64,000 nt of DNA from an uncultured bacterium (GCA_964452465.1 CAYVMD010000006.1:2425-66424); one strand, 5' to 3'; shown: positions 1 to 10,612, counted from the first letter of the stretch. The notes: generated by a model from the letters alone, not told the origin. Translations and numbers: made by a program.

Positions 1-7
1 GTTTCTT

Positions 8-1831
8 TTGATATTTTTGCCCATTGCGAGAGTCCACTCCGCCTTCTACACCCTCATACCAGAGGTCAACCCCTCCGTCGTCCTTGCGGATGGGACATCC
101 ACCGCCATCATCAGCGTGCAAATTAGGGAGGAAGGGGGAAAATTGGTTAGCGATAAAGTGAGGGTGGATTTCGCTACCACCTTGGGCACCATAACCCCTT
201 GGGCGTTTGCTGAGGAAGGGGTGGCGAGGGCGGAGATCAGGAGCACAAAGCCAGGGGTGGCCGTCGTGACCATATCTTGCCTCGGCTCAACCGTTCAAAC
301 CCGCCTTTCCTTCGTCAGCGATAAATCCCTCCTTTACAAAGAGCGAGGACCGATGCGGGTGAGGGCGGATTACCTTGCCTGGTGCGCCGACGCTGGCGTC
401 CTCGATGCTACAGGGAATGTGAGGATCGAATATAGGGGCTTGCTCATAGAGGGGGATAGCCTTCAAATAGATGCCATGTCCAATACCGTTAAAGGATTGG
501 GAGCGAGGATCTCTAATGGTATTCTCACCCTCCAAGGGGATAGGCTATATTGGGACTTTTCCAGAAGTTATGGGCTCCTGCTCATAGCGGACGAGGGGGT
601 AAGGGCATTGGCTATAGAGGGCTGGGAGCTTAGGACTAGCCCTCCCTCAACTCCCCTTCCTCAAAGCGCCTTCGAATTTTACGACTCTGCCTCCTCCCAG
701 GTGGTCATCCTGACAAGGGAAGCGCTTGTATACCCCGGCGAAAGGGTGTATCTCAAGCAAACTAATACCTTTGTAAATGGTAGCAAGGTGCTTTCGCTCC
801 CTTATCAGTTGATCAGGTTGTCCGCCTATGGGGATTATACCCAGCAGATGCTGAATTGGGGAACCAGCGGGATCGCCTTCGACTTCCCCTTTTATTATTC
901 CTTGCAGGAGAGTTATGTGGGAGCCCTCCACCTTAAATATGCTACAACTGGAGGTTTGGACCCTTACAGCGTCCGCCAGGGTTGGCAGTTGGCATTGGAT
1001 CAGCAATACGAGGTCCCAAAAGCCATCGGCTCCCTCCTCTTCGAGCAAGGGGAGGGTAACGATTGGGATCTCTCTTGGCAACATAGCCATTCACTAACCG
1101 ATAACTTCCGCCTTTATCTCTACTCCAACTACCTTGCGAGGGGAGATAGGTATAACCGTGCTTCTCTTCGGGGCGAATTCCCTTCCCTTTCTCTGCTTTA
1201 CAACATCTATCACAGAAAGTATAAAGACTATTCTTCCCTTGGGCAGGATCTCTCCCTTAGGATGCGTCCCCAACGCATAGGGAAGTTTTCCCTCAGCGCG
1301 GTGGGAAGGATATACGAGAGAGATATCTGGGGAAGGGAGATCTTCCTACAATGCCTTTCGCCTTCCTTCAAAATTGGGAGCGTTTCATCCCTGGATTTTT
1401 CCCTGGAGACCGGGTATCAATGGGGAAAAGAGGATAGCGGGGTCTATGCCTTAAACGCTTATCTCTCAAACAACCTCAGAGAGTGGGGTAGCCTCTCCTT
1501 CTCTTATACCAAATTCAAGGGACATTATGGACTTAATAAGGGGGAGAACATCGGGTTGAATCTCTTGCTCCAAAGGAAGCCTTTTTCCTCCTATTTCTAT
1601 GTCAATAAAAGCTTGGAGGAGGACTCCGTGTATAGTTATGGGAAACTCTCTTGGGAGATCTCTCCCAAATGGGGATTCCATCTGCGTTCCTATTCCTACA
1701 AATTGGGCCCTTACAAATTCTCCGATATCCAATACATCCTCTCCAAGGATATAGGAGGGAGGGATCTTTATATTTACTGGTCCAAAAGGGACAAAAAACT
1801 GGAATTAGAGATTGCCCAAGGCGGGTTTTAA
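8..1831 (+). CDS. LptD/OstA-like outer-membrane LPS-assembly protein, 5' end outside window
   Basis: Open from the window edge. An OstA/LptA-like segment (RVRADYLAW...GNVRIEYRGLLIEGDSLQIDA...) is followed by a Tyr/Gly/Ser-rich region with the alternating pattern typical of a beta-barrel. An Ig-like stretch precedes the OstA region. Confidence 0.45.
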   Translation: MIFLPIARVHSAFYTLIPEVNPSVVLADGTSTAIISVQIREEGGKLVSDKVRVDFATTLGTITPWAFAEEGVARAEIRSTKPGVAVVTISCLGSTVQTRLSFVSDKSLLYKERGPMRVRADYLAWCADAGVLDATGNVRIEYRGLLIEGDSLQIDAMSNTVKGLGARISNGILTLQGDRLYWDFSRSYGLLLIADEGVRALAIEGWELRTSPPSTPLPQSAFEFYDSASSQVVILTREALVYPGERVYLKQTNTFVNGSKVLSLPYQLIRLSAYGDYTQQMLNWGTSGIAFDFPFYYSLQESYVGALHLKYATTGGLDPYSVRQGWQLALDQQYEVPKAIGSLLFEQGEGNDWDLSWQHSHSLTDNFRLYLYSNYLARGDRYNRASLRGEFPSLSLLYNIYHRKYKDYSSLGQDLSLRMRPQRIGKFSLSAVGRIYERDIWGREIFLQCLSPSFKIGSVSSLDFSLETGYQWGKEDSGVYALNAYLSNNLREWGSLSFSYTKFKGHYGLNKGENIGLNLLLQRKPFSSYFYVNKSLEEDSVYSYGKLSWEISPKWGFHLRSYSYKLGPYKFSDIQYILSKDIGGRDLYIYWSKRDKKLELEIAQGGF

Positions 1832-1918
1832 TTTGTCTTTAAAAAATTTCCTTGACTGAAAAACCAGCGAGGTCTATCATAGAGCAAAATATAAACCTAA
1901 AAGAGGGGGTTTGATATC

Positions 1919-2776
1919 TTGAAACTGCGTAGCCTTGCTTTGCTGGTAATCGTGTTGGTAGGCGTGCTGACCTTCGGTCAGCAGACGATCTATTTCGATG
2001 TTGGTATGGCGAGGCAGTTGGGTATGGGTAGCACCTTCACCGCGGTAGCGGATGAAGCATCCTGTGCCCTTTGGAACCCCGCGGGCATCGCCATGCTTCC
2101 GCAATCTCAAACATCTTTTTCGGTCGCAGTTTCCGCCGAGGATGCTAAGCTTTATTCCCTCACCTTCGCTTCCCCTCCCTCTGGCCCAGGTGACTTTGCT
2201 GGCGCCCTCACCTACTGGTATGGCAAGAAGGAGATCGGCGATATCGAGGAGACCGACTTCGTTTACAGCGTTGCCCAAAAACTCGCTGAGAATTTCGCCC
2301 TGGGAGTAAACATCCGCCATAAACGACCCACTGTGGGAGGCCAGGGGGATAGCGAGTGGGCAATAGATATCGGTCTTCTTACCAATGTAGATCCGAAAAT
2401 AACGCTCGGGCTTTCCTATCTCAACCTCAACGCTCCTTCCATTACATTGCCAGGTGGTGCCCTCCCCCTTCTTCCCGGCAGGCCCACCGTAAACATCGGA
2501 ATAGCCCTCCGTCCCGACGAGAAAACCCTTTTCGCCCTGGATATCTGTAATCTCACCGAGGAGAGAAGTGGATTCCCAAGGGATAAGGTGCAGGTGCGTG
2601 GCGGGTTGGAGAGAGTTATCGGTCAGAATATGGTGGGAAGGTTGGGTTGGATGGATAAGAACGGCACGATGGGTTTGGGCATGATCTATAAGGGGTTGAA
2701 AATAGATTACGGCTATCTTGTAGCGAGGAAGGATCGCAACGATCTCCATCTCCTCAGCGTCACTTCCATGTTTTAG
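1919..2776 (+). CDS. FadL/PorV-like outer-membrane beta-barrel protein (short variant) with signal peptide
   Basis: TTG start preceded by AGAGGGGGT. N-terminal hydrophobic signal. Motif ARQLGMGSTFTAVADEASCALWNPAGIA matches the FadL/OmpP1/PorV N-terminal signature. C-terminus ends in an aromatic residue. Confidence 0.45.
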   Translation: MKLRSLALLVIVLVGVLTFGQQTIYFDVGMARQLGMGSTFTAVADEASCALWNPAGIAMLPQSQTSFSVAVSAEDAKLYSLTFASPPSGPGDFAGALTYWYGKKEIGDIEETDFVYSVAQKLAENFALGVNIRHKRPTVGGQGDSEWAIDIGLLTNVDPKITLGLSYLNLNAPSITLPGGALPLLPGRPTVNIGIALRPDEKTLFALDICNLTEERSGFPRDKVQVRGGLERVIGQNMVGRLGWMDKNGTMGLGMIYKGLKIDYGYLVARKDRNDLHLLSVTSMF

Positions 2777-2781
2777 GAAGT

Positions 2782-2816
2782 AAGAGGGGAAGCCCCTAAG
2801 GGGCTTCCCCTCTTTT
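2782..2816 (+). terminator. Rho-independent terminator
   Basis: Perfect hairpin aagaggggaagcccc-taa-ggggcttcccctctt followed by TTTT, immediately after the TAG stop of the 1919-2776 gene. Confidence 0.6.
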
Positions 2817-2869
2817 AAACCTTTATCTAAAATACCCACATGTCCTTGAGTATTAAAAAGGCCTGTCTA

Positions 2870-5158
2870 ATGAAAGGGGGCTTTTTCTTGCTCCTCCTCT
2901 TCAGTAATCTTTCCCTATGCGGAGTTTCCCAGGATCCCCTTGGTTGGAGGGTAGAAAATTCCTTCCTTAAATTTACCCTCCTACAAACCGACCTATCCTG
3001 GGAAATAGAGGAGAAATCCAGCGGAACGGTTTGGCGCACCACCCCCCAATCCGATTTGTACCTGAAGAACTTGGACAAACCGCTACCCCTTGCCTCCGCT
3101 CAAACCAAAAGAATGGAAAGATCAGGAGAAAATGCCTTTTCCCTTCTCCTCAGCGGTTTCCCCTCCGTTCCCCACTTGGAGGTTCGCTTAACCTTTCGGT
3201 TGGAGGGAGAACACCTCCTCTACGAATTCGATATCCCCAAAGGTGGCGACCTCTTTCAAGGGCTCATCTATCCCGGTTCCTTCGTTGTCGCCGAGTCCCC
3301 TAAGAACTACTTCGCCCTACCAATCCGTAGCGGATGCCTCATCCCAGGCAACTGGAGGGAACCCCTTAATCTTCACTATCCCTATGGAGGTGCCTGGTGG
3401 GGGATGGCTTGGTTCGGAGGAGTGAAGGAGAAAAGCGCCTTCCTCACCATCCTCCTCACCCCCTATGATGCCACTATCCATATCCAGAACCCCCCTGGTG
3501 GTCCTCCTATGGTAAACTTCTCCTGGGAGGCTTCCTTTGCCACCCTTCGCTACCCCAGAAAAGCTCTCTATATCTTTAGAGACATCTCTAAGGATGCCCT
3601 TCCCGCATATAATTGGATGTCTAAGCGATACAGGGAATATGTGAAGAAAGTGGGGCTCTTTAAGCCAATAGGGGAACGAATAAAAAGGTTACCAAACATC
3701 AAAAAGCTCTTCGGCGCCATAGTTGTTCCTGCCTTAATTGCCTATTATGATAAGCAGACCCCCAATCCTACCCTTACCTATACGGCATTCGCCGATACCG
3801 CCCAGAAGCTTCAGAAGCTTTACGATATGGGCTTAAGGAAGGTCTACATTCACCTCGATGGTTGGGGAAGGAGGGGCTACGATAATCTCCACCCTGATCC
3901 CATCCCTCCTTGCCCAGAGGCAGGAGGTTGGGAAGGGTTGCGGGCTCTTTCCTTGAAGGCGAAGGAACTCGGCTTCCTTTTTGGCCTCCATGACAACTAC
4001 AGGGATTATTACCTTGATTCCCCCGCTTTCGATGAAGCATTCACATTGAAGGATGCGAACGGGAAGAGTCCAAGGTACTCGGTTTGGGCGGGAGGGGAGC
4101 AATCCGTGCTTTGCCCTGCTTGTGCTCTTCCCTTCGTGAAGAGGACATTCGAGGAGATGAAAAAGCATGGCGTCCACCTGACCGCTTATTATTTGGATGT
4201 CTTCTCCTCTGTGCCTCCCGAGGAATGCTACGATCCCCAGCACCCGGTTACGAGGGAGGATTCGACCCGCTATAGAAACCAATGCTTGGATTATGTCAAC
4301 TCCCTCGGCATTATCGTGACTTCCGAGGACGGGGCGGATTGGGCTATCCCCGCCATCAATATGCCCTATTGGATTCCTCCCCCTGGGTTCGGCGTTACCG
4401 TTCCCCTCTTTCAACTCGTCTACCACGATAGCCTCCTCGTCCCAAACGATATCCTGGCGGGCGATGATTCCTATCTGCGCGCCCTGCTCTATGGCGAATT
4501 GCCCATGGTGGGGATAGATGCCCCTCGGAAGGCGTTCCAGAATGCCCTATTGGTTGCCCGTCTTCAGGAGCAGGTTGGGAAGGCGGAGCTCCTTTGGCAC
4601 CGCTTTCTGGGCGATGACTATTCGGTGCAGGAGACCTGTTTCTCCAATGGAGTGAAAGTATGGGCGGACTTCAAAAATAAGATGTTCAAGGTTACGGGTG
4701 CCAAGGGTTTTCCTCCCGAGGTTAGAAAAATTCCCTCTTTGGGATACGATATAAAGGTGAGGGTGAGTGATTTTAAATACATAGCAGGGCGCACTTTTGA
4801 GATAACCTACGAATGGGATGTGGGGGAAGCCCTGGAGGGGGATTATTATTGCTTCAATCATTTCCTCAACGAGGAGGTCCCCCAAGGAGAGCACATCGCC
4901 TTCGGCGCTGACCATCCCCTGCCCATTCCTACCTCTCAGTGGAAACCAGGCGACAAGATAAAGGACGGACCCCATCGGGTTACCATCCCGGAGAATTTGC
5001 CCTACAGGGAATACGAGGTGGTAATTGGATTGTTCGATCGGGAGAGAGGACCACGCACCCCCCTTGTGAGTTGCGATCCTAACCTGCGCCTTCACCTCGG
5101 GAAAATAAAATTAGAAGGAGAGAAAGAGGTAGAAAAGATCCTCTTTCTCCCCTTCTAA
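2870..5158 (+). CDS. Secreted putative glycoside hydrolase (TIM-barrel-like, family unassigned)
   Basis: Signal peptide MKGGFFLLLLFSNLSLCG. The ATG at 2870 has a purine-rich RBS; the upstream ATG at 2840 has none. Central segment YIHLDGWGRRGYDNLHPD...GLHDNYRDYY looks like a glycosidase catalytic barrel. Confidence 0.45.
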   Translation: MKGGFFLLLLFSNLSLCGVSQDPLGWRVENSFLKFTLLQTDLSWEIEEKSSGTVWRTTPQSDLYLKNLDKPLPLASAQTKRMERSGENAFSLLLSGFPSVPHLEVRLTFRLEGEHLLYEFDIPKGGDLFQGLIYPGSFVVAESPKNYFALPIRSGCLIPGNWREPLNLHYPYGGAWWGMAWFGGVKEKSAFLTILLTPYDATIHIQNPPGGPPMVNFSWEASFATLRYPRKALYIFRDISKDALPAYNWMSKRYREYVKKVGLFKPIGERIKRLPNIKKLFGAIVVPALIAYYDKQTPNPTLTYTAFADTAQKLQKLYDMGLRKVYIHLDGWGRRGYDNLHPDPIPPCPEAGGWEGLRALSLKAKELGFLFGLHDNYRDYYLDSPAFDEAFTLKDANGKSPRYSVWAGGEQSVLCPACALPFVKRTFEEMKKHGVHLTAYYLDVFSSVPPEECYDPQHPVTREDSTRYRNQCLDYVNSLGIIVTSEDGADWAIPAINMPYWIPPPGFGVTVPLFQLVYHDSLLVPNDILAGDDSYLRALLYGELPMVGIDAPRKAFQNALLVARLQEQVGKAELLWHRFLGDDYSVQETCFSNGVKVWADFKNKMFKVTGAKGFPPEVRKIPSLGYDIKVRVSDFKYIAGRTFEITYEWDVGEALEGDYYCFNHFLNEEVPQGEHIAFGADHPLPIPTSQWKPGDKIKDGPHRVTIPENLPYREYEVVIGLFDRERGPRTPLVSCDPNLRLHLGKIKLEGEKEVEKILFLPF

Positions 5159-5200
5159 AACAGCCTTGCCCTTACTTTATTCAGCCTCGAATTGCCCGTC

Positions 5201-5548
5201 CTATTGTCCTTGTCTTCCTCCTTGTCTACCTGCAGGGGGCTGGAACTGGGGTTGAGGGATGGGCAGCTCCACCTTGTTCTTCTGCTGGAGCGTCTTTGCA
5301 TCGTATTGGTAAAGGGTGGAGCCGATGAGGACGAATACATAGTCGTTATTCGCGGTTAGCTGGACACCCGCCCTGCCGAAGCCCATCATGGGAGGCATCA
5401 TGGGGGGCATTTCTACTCCTCCTACTCCTGGGGTGCCAGGTGGTGGGGGCGCGAATTGGGCACGAGCGTTGGATATCGCTATCCAGCCTACCACGAAGAG
5501 GGCAAGGCACAAACCTATCGCGTACCAAAACCACCTTTTTCTCATCAT
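5201..5548 (-). CDS. Small membrane-anchored Pro/Met/Gly-rich protein
   Basis: Strong RBS AAAGAAAGGAGGTGAAATAA directly 5' of an ATGATG start. One N-terminal TM helix, then the PPPPGTPGVGGVEMPPMMPPMMGFG low-complexity region. Confidence 0.5.
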   Translation of the reverse strand: MMRKRWFWYAIGLCLALFVVGWIAISNARAQFAPPPPGTPGVGGVEMPPMMPPMMGFGRAGVQLTANNDYVFVLIGSTLYQYDAKTLQQKNKVELPIPQPQFQPPAGRQGGRQGQ

Positions 5549-5658
5549 TTATTTCACCTCCTTTCTTTCCCGCTTTTTAATTTAGACGATTTGCATTTCC
5601 CTTTTGTTCGCATAAATATATTGGACTGAGATATAATGCGCAAGATATCCTTTTAAGG

Positions 5659-7524
5659 ATGAGGAGGCTTTTAAACTTCTCCATTATTTGTCTCTTAGCC
5701 GTCCTCTACTGCTCGGCAGGGGAGGTAGTATGGCACATTAGGGACTTCGGAGCGAAAGGTGACGGGGTCAGCGACGACGGACCCGTTTTCCGTCAAGCCC
5801 TGAGCAAGGCGAAAAGCCTTGGTAGGCCGGTGCGTCTCCTTTTAGAGAGGAAGACATATAGGATTAGCTATCAGAAGGGCAATTTCTTCGCCCTCAGTTT
5901 GGAGGACGCGAAGGATATAACGATAGATGGCCGAGGCGCTCTCCTGCTTTTCCACCCCTCCAATATGGCGCTCCAACTTTACAAATGTAGAAATGTAAGG
6001 ATCAAAAATCTTCGCATAGATTATCATCCCCTTCCCTGCACCCAAGGAAGGGTGGTGAGGGTGGAGCCCGCAGATGGATCCTTTGTTGTTGAAATAAGAG
6101 AGGGATTTCCTCTGCCCTCTGTAAGGGAGGATTTTCAGCCCGCTTATCGCCATGGCTGTTTCCTTTCAGGTTCTCCTCCCTATCGCTATACCCATAACTG
6201 GTGCTACATAGAGAGAGTAAGCGAGGTAGATAGGGGGATTCGTCTTTTTAGGATAACCGTTAGCCCTCCTTCCCTCGATTCATTGAAAAAGGTCGAGGAA
6301 GGGCAGATCTTCGTCTTTAGAAATCCCCTCCAACCTCCCCCTCCCACGGACTTCACCAAGGATCCCCGTGCCCGGGTGGGCAAATCTCCCCACAACGAAG
6401 GGGTATTCCTGAATCCTCCAATAGGCTCCATTCAGATACGCTATTCTCGGGATTGTCTCCTGGAAAACATAGAGCAGTATATTTCGCCCGGTATGTCCAT
6501 CTTCGTAGATGGCTCAGAGGGGATAATAATTCGCCATTTTGCTGTGAAGCCTGGGGAGGGTAGGCTCTGCGCTAGCCTTTCGGATGGCATCCACTGTAAG
6601 GGCAACGCCTCTGGTCCTTTCATCGAGGATTGTTACTTCCAAGGCTTATGGGATGATTCCATCAACTTGGGGTCCACCCCCGCTGATGTTATAGAGGAGA
6701 GGATCTCCGCAAGGGAGTTCAAGACCCGTACCATTGATATATGGTGGATAGATTCCTATCTTCGTCCTGGGCAGAAGGTGCAATTTTGGGATAGGAAAGA
6801 GGGGCGATTTCTGGGGGAACGGAGGATAGTGAAAAGCCAATTCCTGGGTAACCAAAAGAGGATCATCACTGTAGATAGGGGGATAGAAGGGGTTCGCGAC
6901 GAGAAGGAAGGGCGAGAATATGCCACCCTTATTTATATCCTGCCTGGACCCAGCGCCGTGAGGCGTTGCATTTTCCGCTCCCAATTGAAGACTGCCATTC
7001 TTCCCGCCTCAGGAACCTTGGTGGAGGGGAATAGGATAGAGGATTGTGCATATGGGATAAATGCCTGCCTTTTCGATGCGCTAAATCTCCCTTTCCCTTG
7101 GACGCAGTCCTTTCCTCAGAACCTCGTTATCAAGGGAAACACCTTCCGCAATGTAGGGATATCCGCCATAACGCTCTACGCGGGCACTGCCAACCCTTCC
7201 GCTAAGCCCCTCTTGGGCAACATCCTTATCGAAGGGAATCGCATATATCAAAGGGATGGAAGCGGAATTGTCATCACCAATGTGAAAGGAGTAACCATCA
7301 AGGGCAACCTCATAGAGATGGACCCTGCTACCCCTCCGGGATGGAAAGCAATAGAACTTCATCATTGTGCAGGGATCTATATAGCGGACACCTACATCCA
7401 GGAGCCGAGGCATTCCGTCCCTGCGGTCATATACGCCCCCTCCACACCTCGTAGCGAGATTAAAATGCAAAATGTGGAGATTAAAGCACCCGGGGATATT
7501 CCTATTATTTCTTCATCGGGTTAA
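5659..7524 (+). CDS. Secreted right-handed beta-helix protein (pectate lyase superfamily / GH28-like)
   Basis: Signal peptide. N-terminal DFGAKGDGVSDDGPVFRQAL motif, as in the Pectate_lyase_3 family. Repeated G-N-x-I / NVxIxN coil motifs recur through the C-terminus. Confidence 0.7.
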   Translation: MRRLLNFSIICLLAVLYCSAGEVVWHIRDFGAKGDGVSDDGPVFRQALSKAKSLGRPVRLLLERKTYRISYQKGNFFALSLEDAKDITIDGRGALLLFHPSNMALQLYKCRNVRIKNLRIDYHPLPCTQGRVVRVEPADGSFVVEIREGFPLPSVREDFQPAYRHGCFLSGSPPYRYTHNWCYIERVSEVDRGIRLFRITVSPPSLDSLKKVEEGQIFVFRNPLQPPPPTDFTKDPRARVGKSPHNEGVFLNPPIGSIQIRYSRDCLLENIEQYISPGMSIFVDGSEGIIIRHFAVKPGEGRLCASLSDGIHCKGNASGPFIEDCYFQGLWDDSINLGSTPADVIEERISAREFKTRTIDIWWIDSYLRPGQKVQFWDRKEGRFLGERRIVKSQFLGNQKRIITVDRGIEGVRDEKEGREYATLIYILPGPSAVRRCIFRSQLKTAILPASGTLVEGNRIEDCAYGINACLFDALNLPFPWTQSFPQNLVIKGNTFRNVGISAITLYAGTANPSAKPLLGNILIEGNRIYQRDGSGIVITNVKGVTIKGNLIEMDPATPPGWKAIELHHCAGIYIADTYIQEPRHSVPAVIYAPSTPRSEIKMQNVEIKAPGDIPIISSSG

Positions 7525-7551
7525 AATGCTTTCGCGAAGGAGTAAAATAGG

Positions 7552-10545
7552 ATGCGCTTTATTATTTGCCTTGTGTTTGCTATAAGCGCAATGCTTCCTG
7601 CCTTTAGCGAGGTCAAGAGGATCGGAAGTTATTCCTCCCCTGCGCAATGGATTTGGGACGGGAAGCGTCCTTTCGGGGAGAGGGGGTTCTTTAGGCGGAC
7701 GATCTTCGTTCAGGGTGTCGTTAAATCCGCCTTTATTCAGATGACGGGGGATGATTGGTTTTCCCTCTATCTGAACGGCAAGCGAATAGGGGAAGGAGGC
7801 GGGGAGTTTTATCGGGGCAGCTTGAAGGTTTTCTCCATTGGGGATATGCTCTGCCAGGGCAAGAATGTGATAGCGGTGGAGTGTAAGAGTCCTGTCGATC
7901 CCGCAGGGATGATCATGGAGTGCACCATAAACTACGAGGATGGCAGGATAGAGATAATCACCTCCGACGAGGATTGGAAGTTCTCTCGGGAGTATCAGGA
8001 GGGTTGGGAGAATATGAATTTTGACGATTCCCACTGGGGCAAGGCGGTTCCCCTGGGCAGACCGCCCTTGCCTCCTTGGGGACCTCTTCAATTCCGCTAT
8101 ATGGGAGGGGATGTTTTGAGGGTAAAGGTTTTGGAGGTGAATTTCCCCAAGAGGGCGAAGGGGGGAGATCTGGTTTCAATTCACTTGAGAGGAAAGATTT
8201 TAAGCCCGCCAAGGGGCGATCATCTTGGCTTTTTGAGACTATTCAAAGGGGACCTTGTCCTTATAGAGCGGAAGGCTCTACTCACCCATCCTCCCACGAG
8301 CGCTTGCTCCATTGGCGACGAGTTCTCCCTCTCTTTTAAAATCCAAATTCCTCCCTATGTTCCCCCTGGCATCTACGAATTGGAAGTTGGGCTTCACCAA
8401 AGCCAATACGAAGGAAGGGATGATTACATCATGGGGAAAATGGAGATAGAGAGGAGAAAAAGCGAACTTCCCCTCGCGGAGATAAAGGAACTCAACGGTT
8501 CTCCTTGCCTTTTTATAAACGGAAAGCCCTTCTTCCCCATGATTTACTCCCAGATTCCCCATCCAGATGAGAAGCATTCTCGCCAGTTTGCCAAAGCGGG
8601 GATAGAGCTCTATGAGATAAACGATATATTGGGGTTCATACATACCTCCTGTTGGGAAGGGGAGGACAAATATGATTTCTCCCGCTTGGATAGCCTTGTT
8701 CTAAATGTGCTAAGGAGCAATCCCAAGGCATATTTCTTACTACGTCTGTGGTTGGAACCTCCCGAATGGTGGAAGGATTTGCACCCTGAGGAGCTTCAAC
8801 TCTATGCGGATGGGACGGGATGGGATAAGGTGGATGGCTTCGGGGGAGCGAAGTGGCCATCCTTCGCCTCCGAAGTTTGGAGAAAGGAGGCGGGGAATGC
8901 TCTGCGGGCTTTGATAAATCACATCAAAGGGTCTCCCTATGCCGAAAGGTGCATCGGTTTTCACATAGGGGCAGGAATATATGGCGAATGGCATTATATG
9001 GGAGCGCAACATGTGCCCGATATGAGCGAGCCTATGAAGAGAAGGTTTAGGAAATGGCTAAGGGAACGCTATGGGAACGATGTTAACGCTCTCCGGCGCG
9101 CCTGGGGTAGGGAGGATGTAGATTTCGAAACCGCCGAGATACCCACTCTCCAGGAGCGCATCCAGACCTCTTGGGGGATATTCCACGACCCCAGCAGAAA
9201 TCGCCAGGTGGTGGATTATTATCTCTGCCATCATGATGTTTTAGTGGAGACCATCCTTTATTTCGCGAAGATCGTTAAGGAAGCAACCGAGGGCAGGTCA
9301 TTGGTGGGCGTGTTCTACGGTTATACCGCCAATGTCCTTTGGGCTCAGGATGGTGGACATCTCGAACTCCAGAAGATATATAACTCTCTTTACATAGATT
9401 TCCTCTGCTCTCCCCACACCTATATCAGAAGAAGCTTGGGGGAGGATGGGGGCTTCAGGGCCCTGCCGGGTTCCATCGCCCTCCACGGGAAGATCTTCAT
9501 AGACGAGGCGGACGACCGCACCCACCTTGCCTCGGATCCCTATGCTCGGGGGGTAGAGGATTCTATAGCGCTGATAAGAAGGGAATTCGTGCAGGCGTTG
9601 ACCACAAATGCTGGGCTGTGGTGGTTCGATATGGAATCCCGTTGGTTCGACGACCCCCGGTTGATGGAGGAGATAAAGAAGATGAAAAAGATAGGGGATG
9701 AAAGCACTCGCCTGCTCCGCAGGCGAGTGAGCGAGGTAGCAGTCATAGCAAGCCCTTATAACCTAATCTACACTGCGCATTGGAGACATCCTAAATACGC
9801 CGACGAACGCACCTATGGGGATGCGGTGAGCGCCCTTCTCCTCAACGAACAATGGGGGGAATTCTTCAAGATGGGCGCGCCCTTCGACCTCTACGATCTG
9901 AGCGATATAGAGAGGCTTCCAACCCATTACAAATGCTACATCTTCCTCAATACATTCTACATGGAGGAGAAGGCGAGGAGGGCTATAGAGAGGTTGAAAA
10001 GGGATGGGAAGATGTTGATCTGGTTCTACGCGCCAGGGATTTTAAGCGAGAAGGGGATAAACTTGGAGGGCATGGAGGAGTTGATAGGAATGAGGATGGG
10101 GATGGCGGAGAAGGAGACGCCTTTGGAGGTTGTAACAAAGGATGGGAGGAGATGGGGGGTGGGAAAGGCGATAGCACCTACCATCTGGGTGGAGGATAGG
10201 GAGGCGGAGGTGTTGGGATTGTCTCCTGAGGGGAAAGCTAATTTCTGCCTAAAGAGGTTCAGGGATTGGATATCGGTGTATGTGGGCTCCCCAGCATTGC
10301 CGGCGGATATCCTGAGGGGACTCCTCAAATCGGCAGGCGTGCACATATATTTGGAGAGCGGCGATGTGCTTTATTTGAATGATTCCTACCTCGCCCTCCA
10401 CACCGCAAAAGCGGGCATAAAGAAGATAACCTTGCCCGAGGCAAGACAGGTAAGGGATGCCTTTGAGGATAGGGATTTGGGTACCCTTATGGAATGGGAG
10501 ATCTACCTTCCTGCTCACCGGACGGTGCTATACCAAATAAGATAG
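7552..10545 (+). CDS. Secreted GH42-like beta-galactosidase family protein with an N-terminal galactose-binding-like domain
   Basis: RBS AAGGAG and signal peptide. N-terminal jelly-roll-like region. TIM-barrel segment LFINGKPFFPMIYSQIPH...LRLWLEPPEWW. C-terminal segment resembles the GH42 trimerisation domain (CYIFLNTFYMEE...MLIWFYAPG). Confidence 0.55.
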   Translation: MRFIICLVFAISAMLPAFSEVKRIGSYSSPAQWIWDGKRPFGERGFFRRTIFVQGVVKSAFIQMTGDDWFSLYLNGKRIGEGGGEFYRGSLKVFSIGDMLCQGKNVIAVECKSPVDPAGMIMECTINYEDGRIEIITSDEDWKFSREYQEGWENMNFDDSHWGKAVPLGRPPLPPWGPLQFRYMGGDVLRVKVLEVNFPKRAKGGDLVSIHLRGKILSPPRGDHLGFLRLFKGDLVLIERKALLTHPPTSACSIGDEFSLSFKIQIPPYVPPGIYELEVGLHQSQYEGRDDYIMGKMEIERRKSELPLAEIKELNGSPCLFINGKPFFPMIYSQIPHPDEKHSRQFAKAGIELYEINDILGFIHTSCWEGEDKYDFSRLDSLVLNVLRSNPKAYFLLRLWLEPPEWWKDLHPEELQLYADGTGWDKVDGFGGAKWPSFASEVWRKEAGNALRALINHIKGSPYAERCIGFHIGAGIYGEWHYMGAQHVPDMSEPMKRRFRKWLRERYGNDVNALRRAWGREDVDFETAEIPTLQERIQTSWGIFHDPSRNRQVVDYYLCHHDVLVETILYFAKIVKEATEGRSLVGVFYGYTANVLWAQDGGHLELQKIYNSLYIDFLCSPHTYIRRSLGEDGGFRALPGSIALHGKIFIDEADDRTHLASDPYARGVEDSIALIRREFVQALTTNAGLWWFDMESRWFDDPRLMEEIKKMKKIGDESTRLLRRRVSEVAVIASPYNLIYTAHWRHPKYADERTYGDAVSALLLNEQWGEFFKMGAPFDLYDLSDIERLPTHYKCYIFLNTFYMEEKARRAIERLKRDGKMLIWFYAPGILSEKGINLEGMEELIGMRMGMAEKETPLEVVTKDGRRWGVGKAIAPTIWVEDREAEVLGLSPEGKANFCLKRFRDWISVYVGSPALPADILRGLLKSAGVHIYLESGDVLYLNDSYLALHTAKAGIKKITLPEARQVRDAFEDRDLGTLMEWEIYLPAHRTVLYQIR

Positions 10546-10576
10546 GAAAAGCCTCGTTTTCGAGGCTTTTCCTATC
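10541..10576. terminator. Bidirectional hairpin terminator between convergent genes
   Basis: Perfect 16-bp inverted repeat gataggaaaagcctcg-tttt-cgaggcttttcctatc overlapping the TAG stop of the 7552-10545 gene. It lies between convergent genes. Confidence 0.6.
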
Positions 10577-10612
10577 GTTATAAAGGTTGTCGCGTATTGG
10601 ATTCCGAAGGGC

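Noticed and set aside
647-1090. Antisense and out-of-frame shadow ORFs inside large genes (for example 647-1090, 3833-4426, 9852-10199, 25140-26033, 44623-45006, 54485-55357)
   Set aside because: They lie opposite or overlapping strongly supported conserved genes, lack an RBS, and have low-complexity or compositionally biased translations typical of GC-rich shadow frames.
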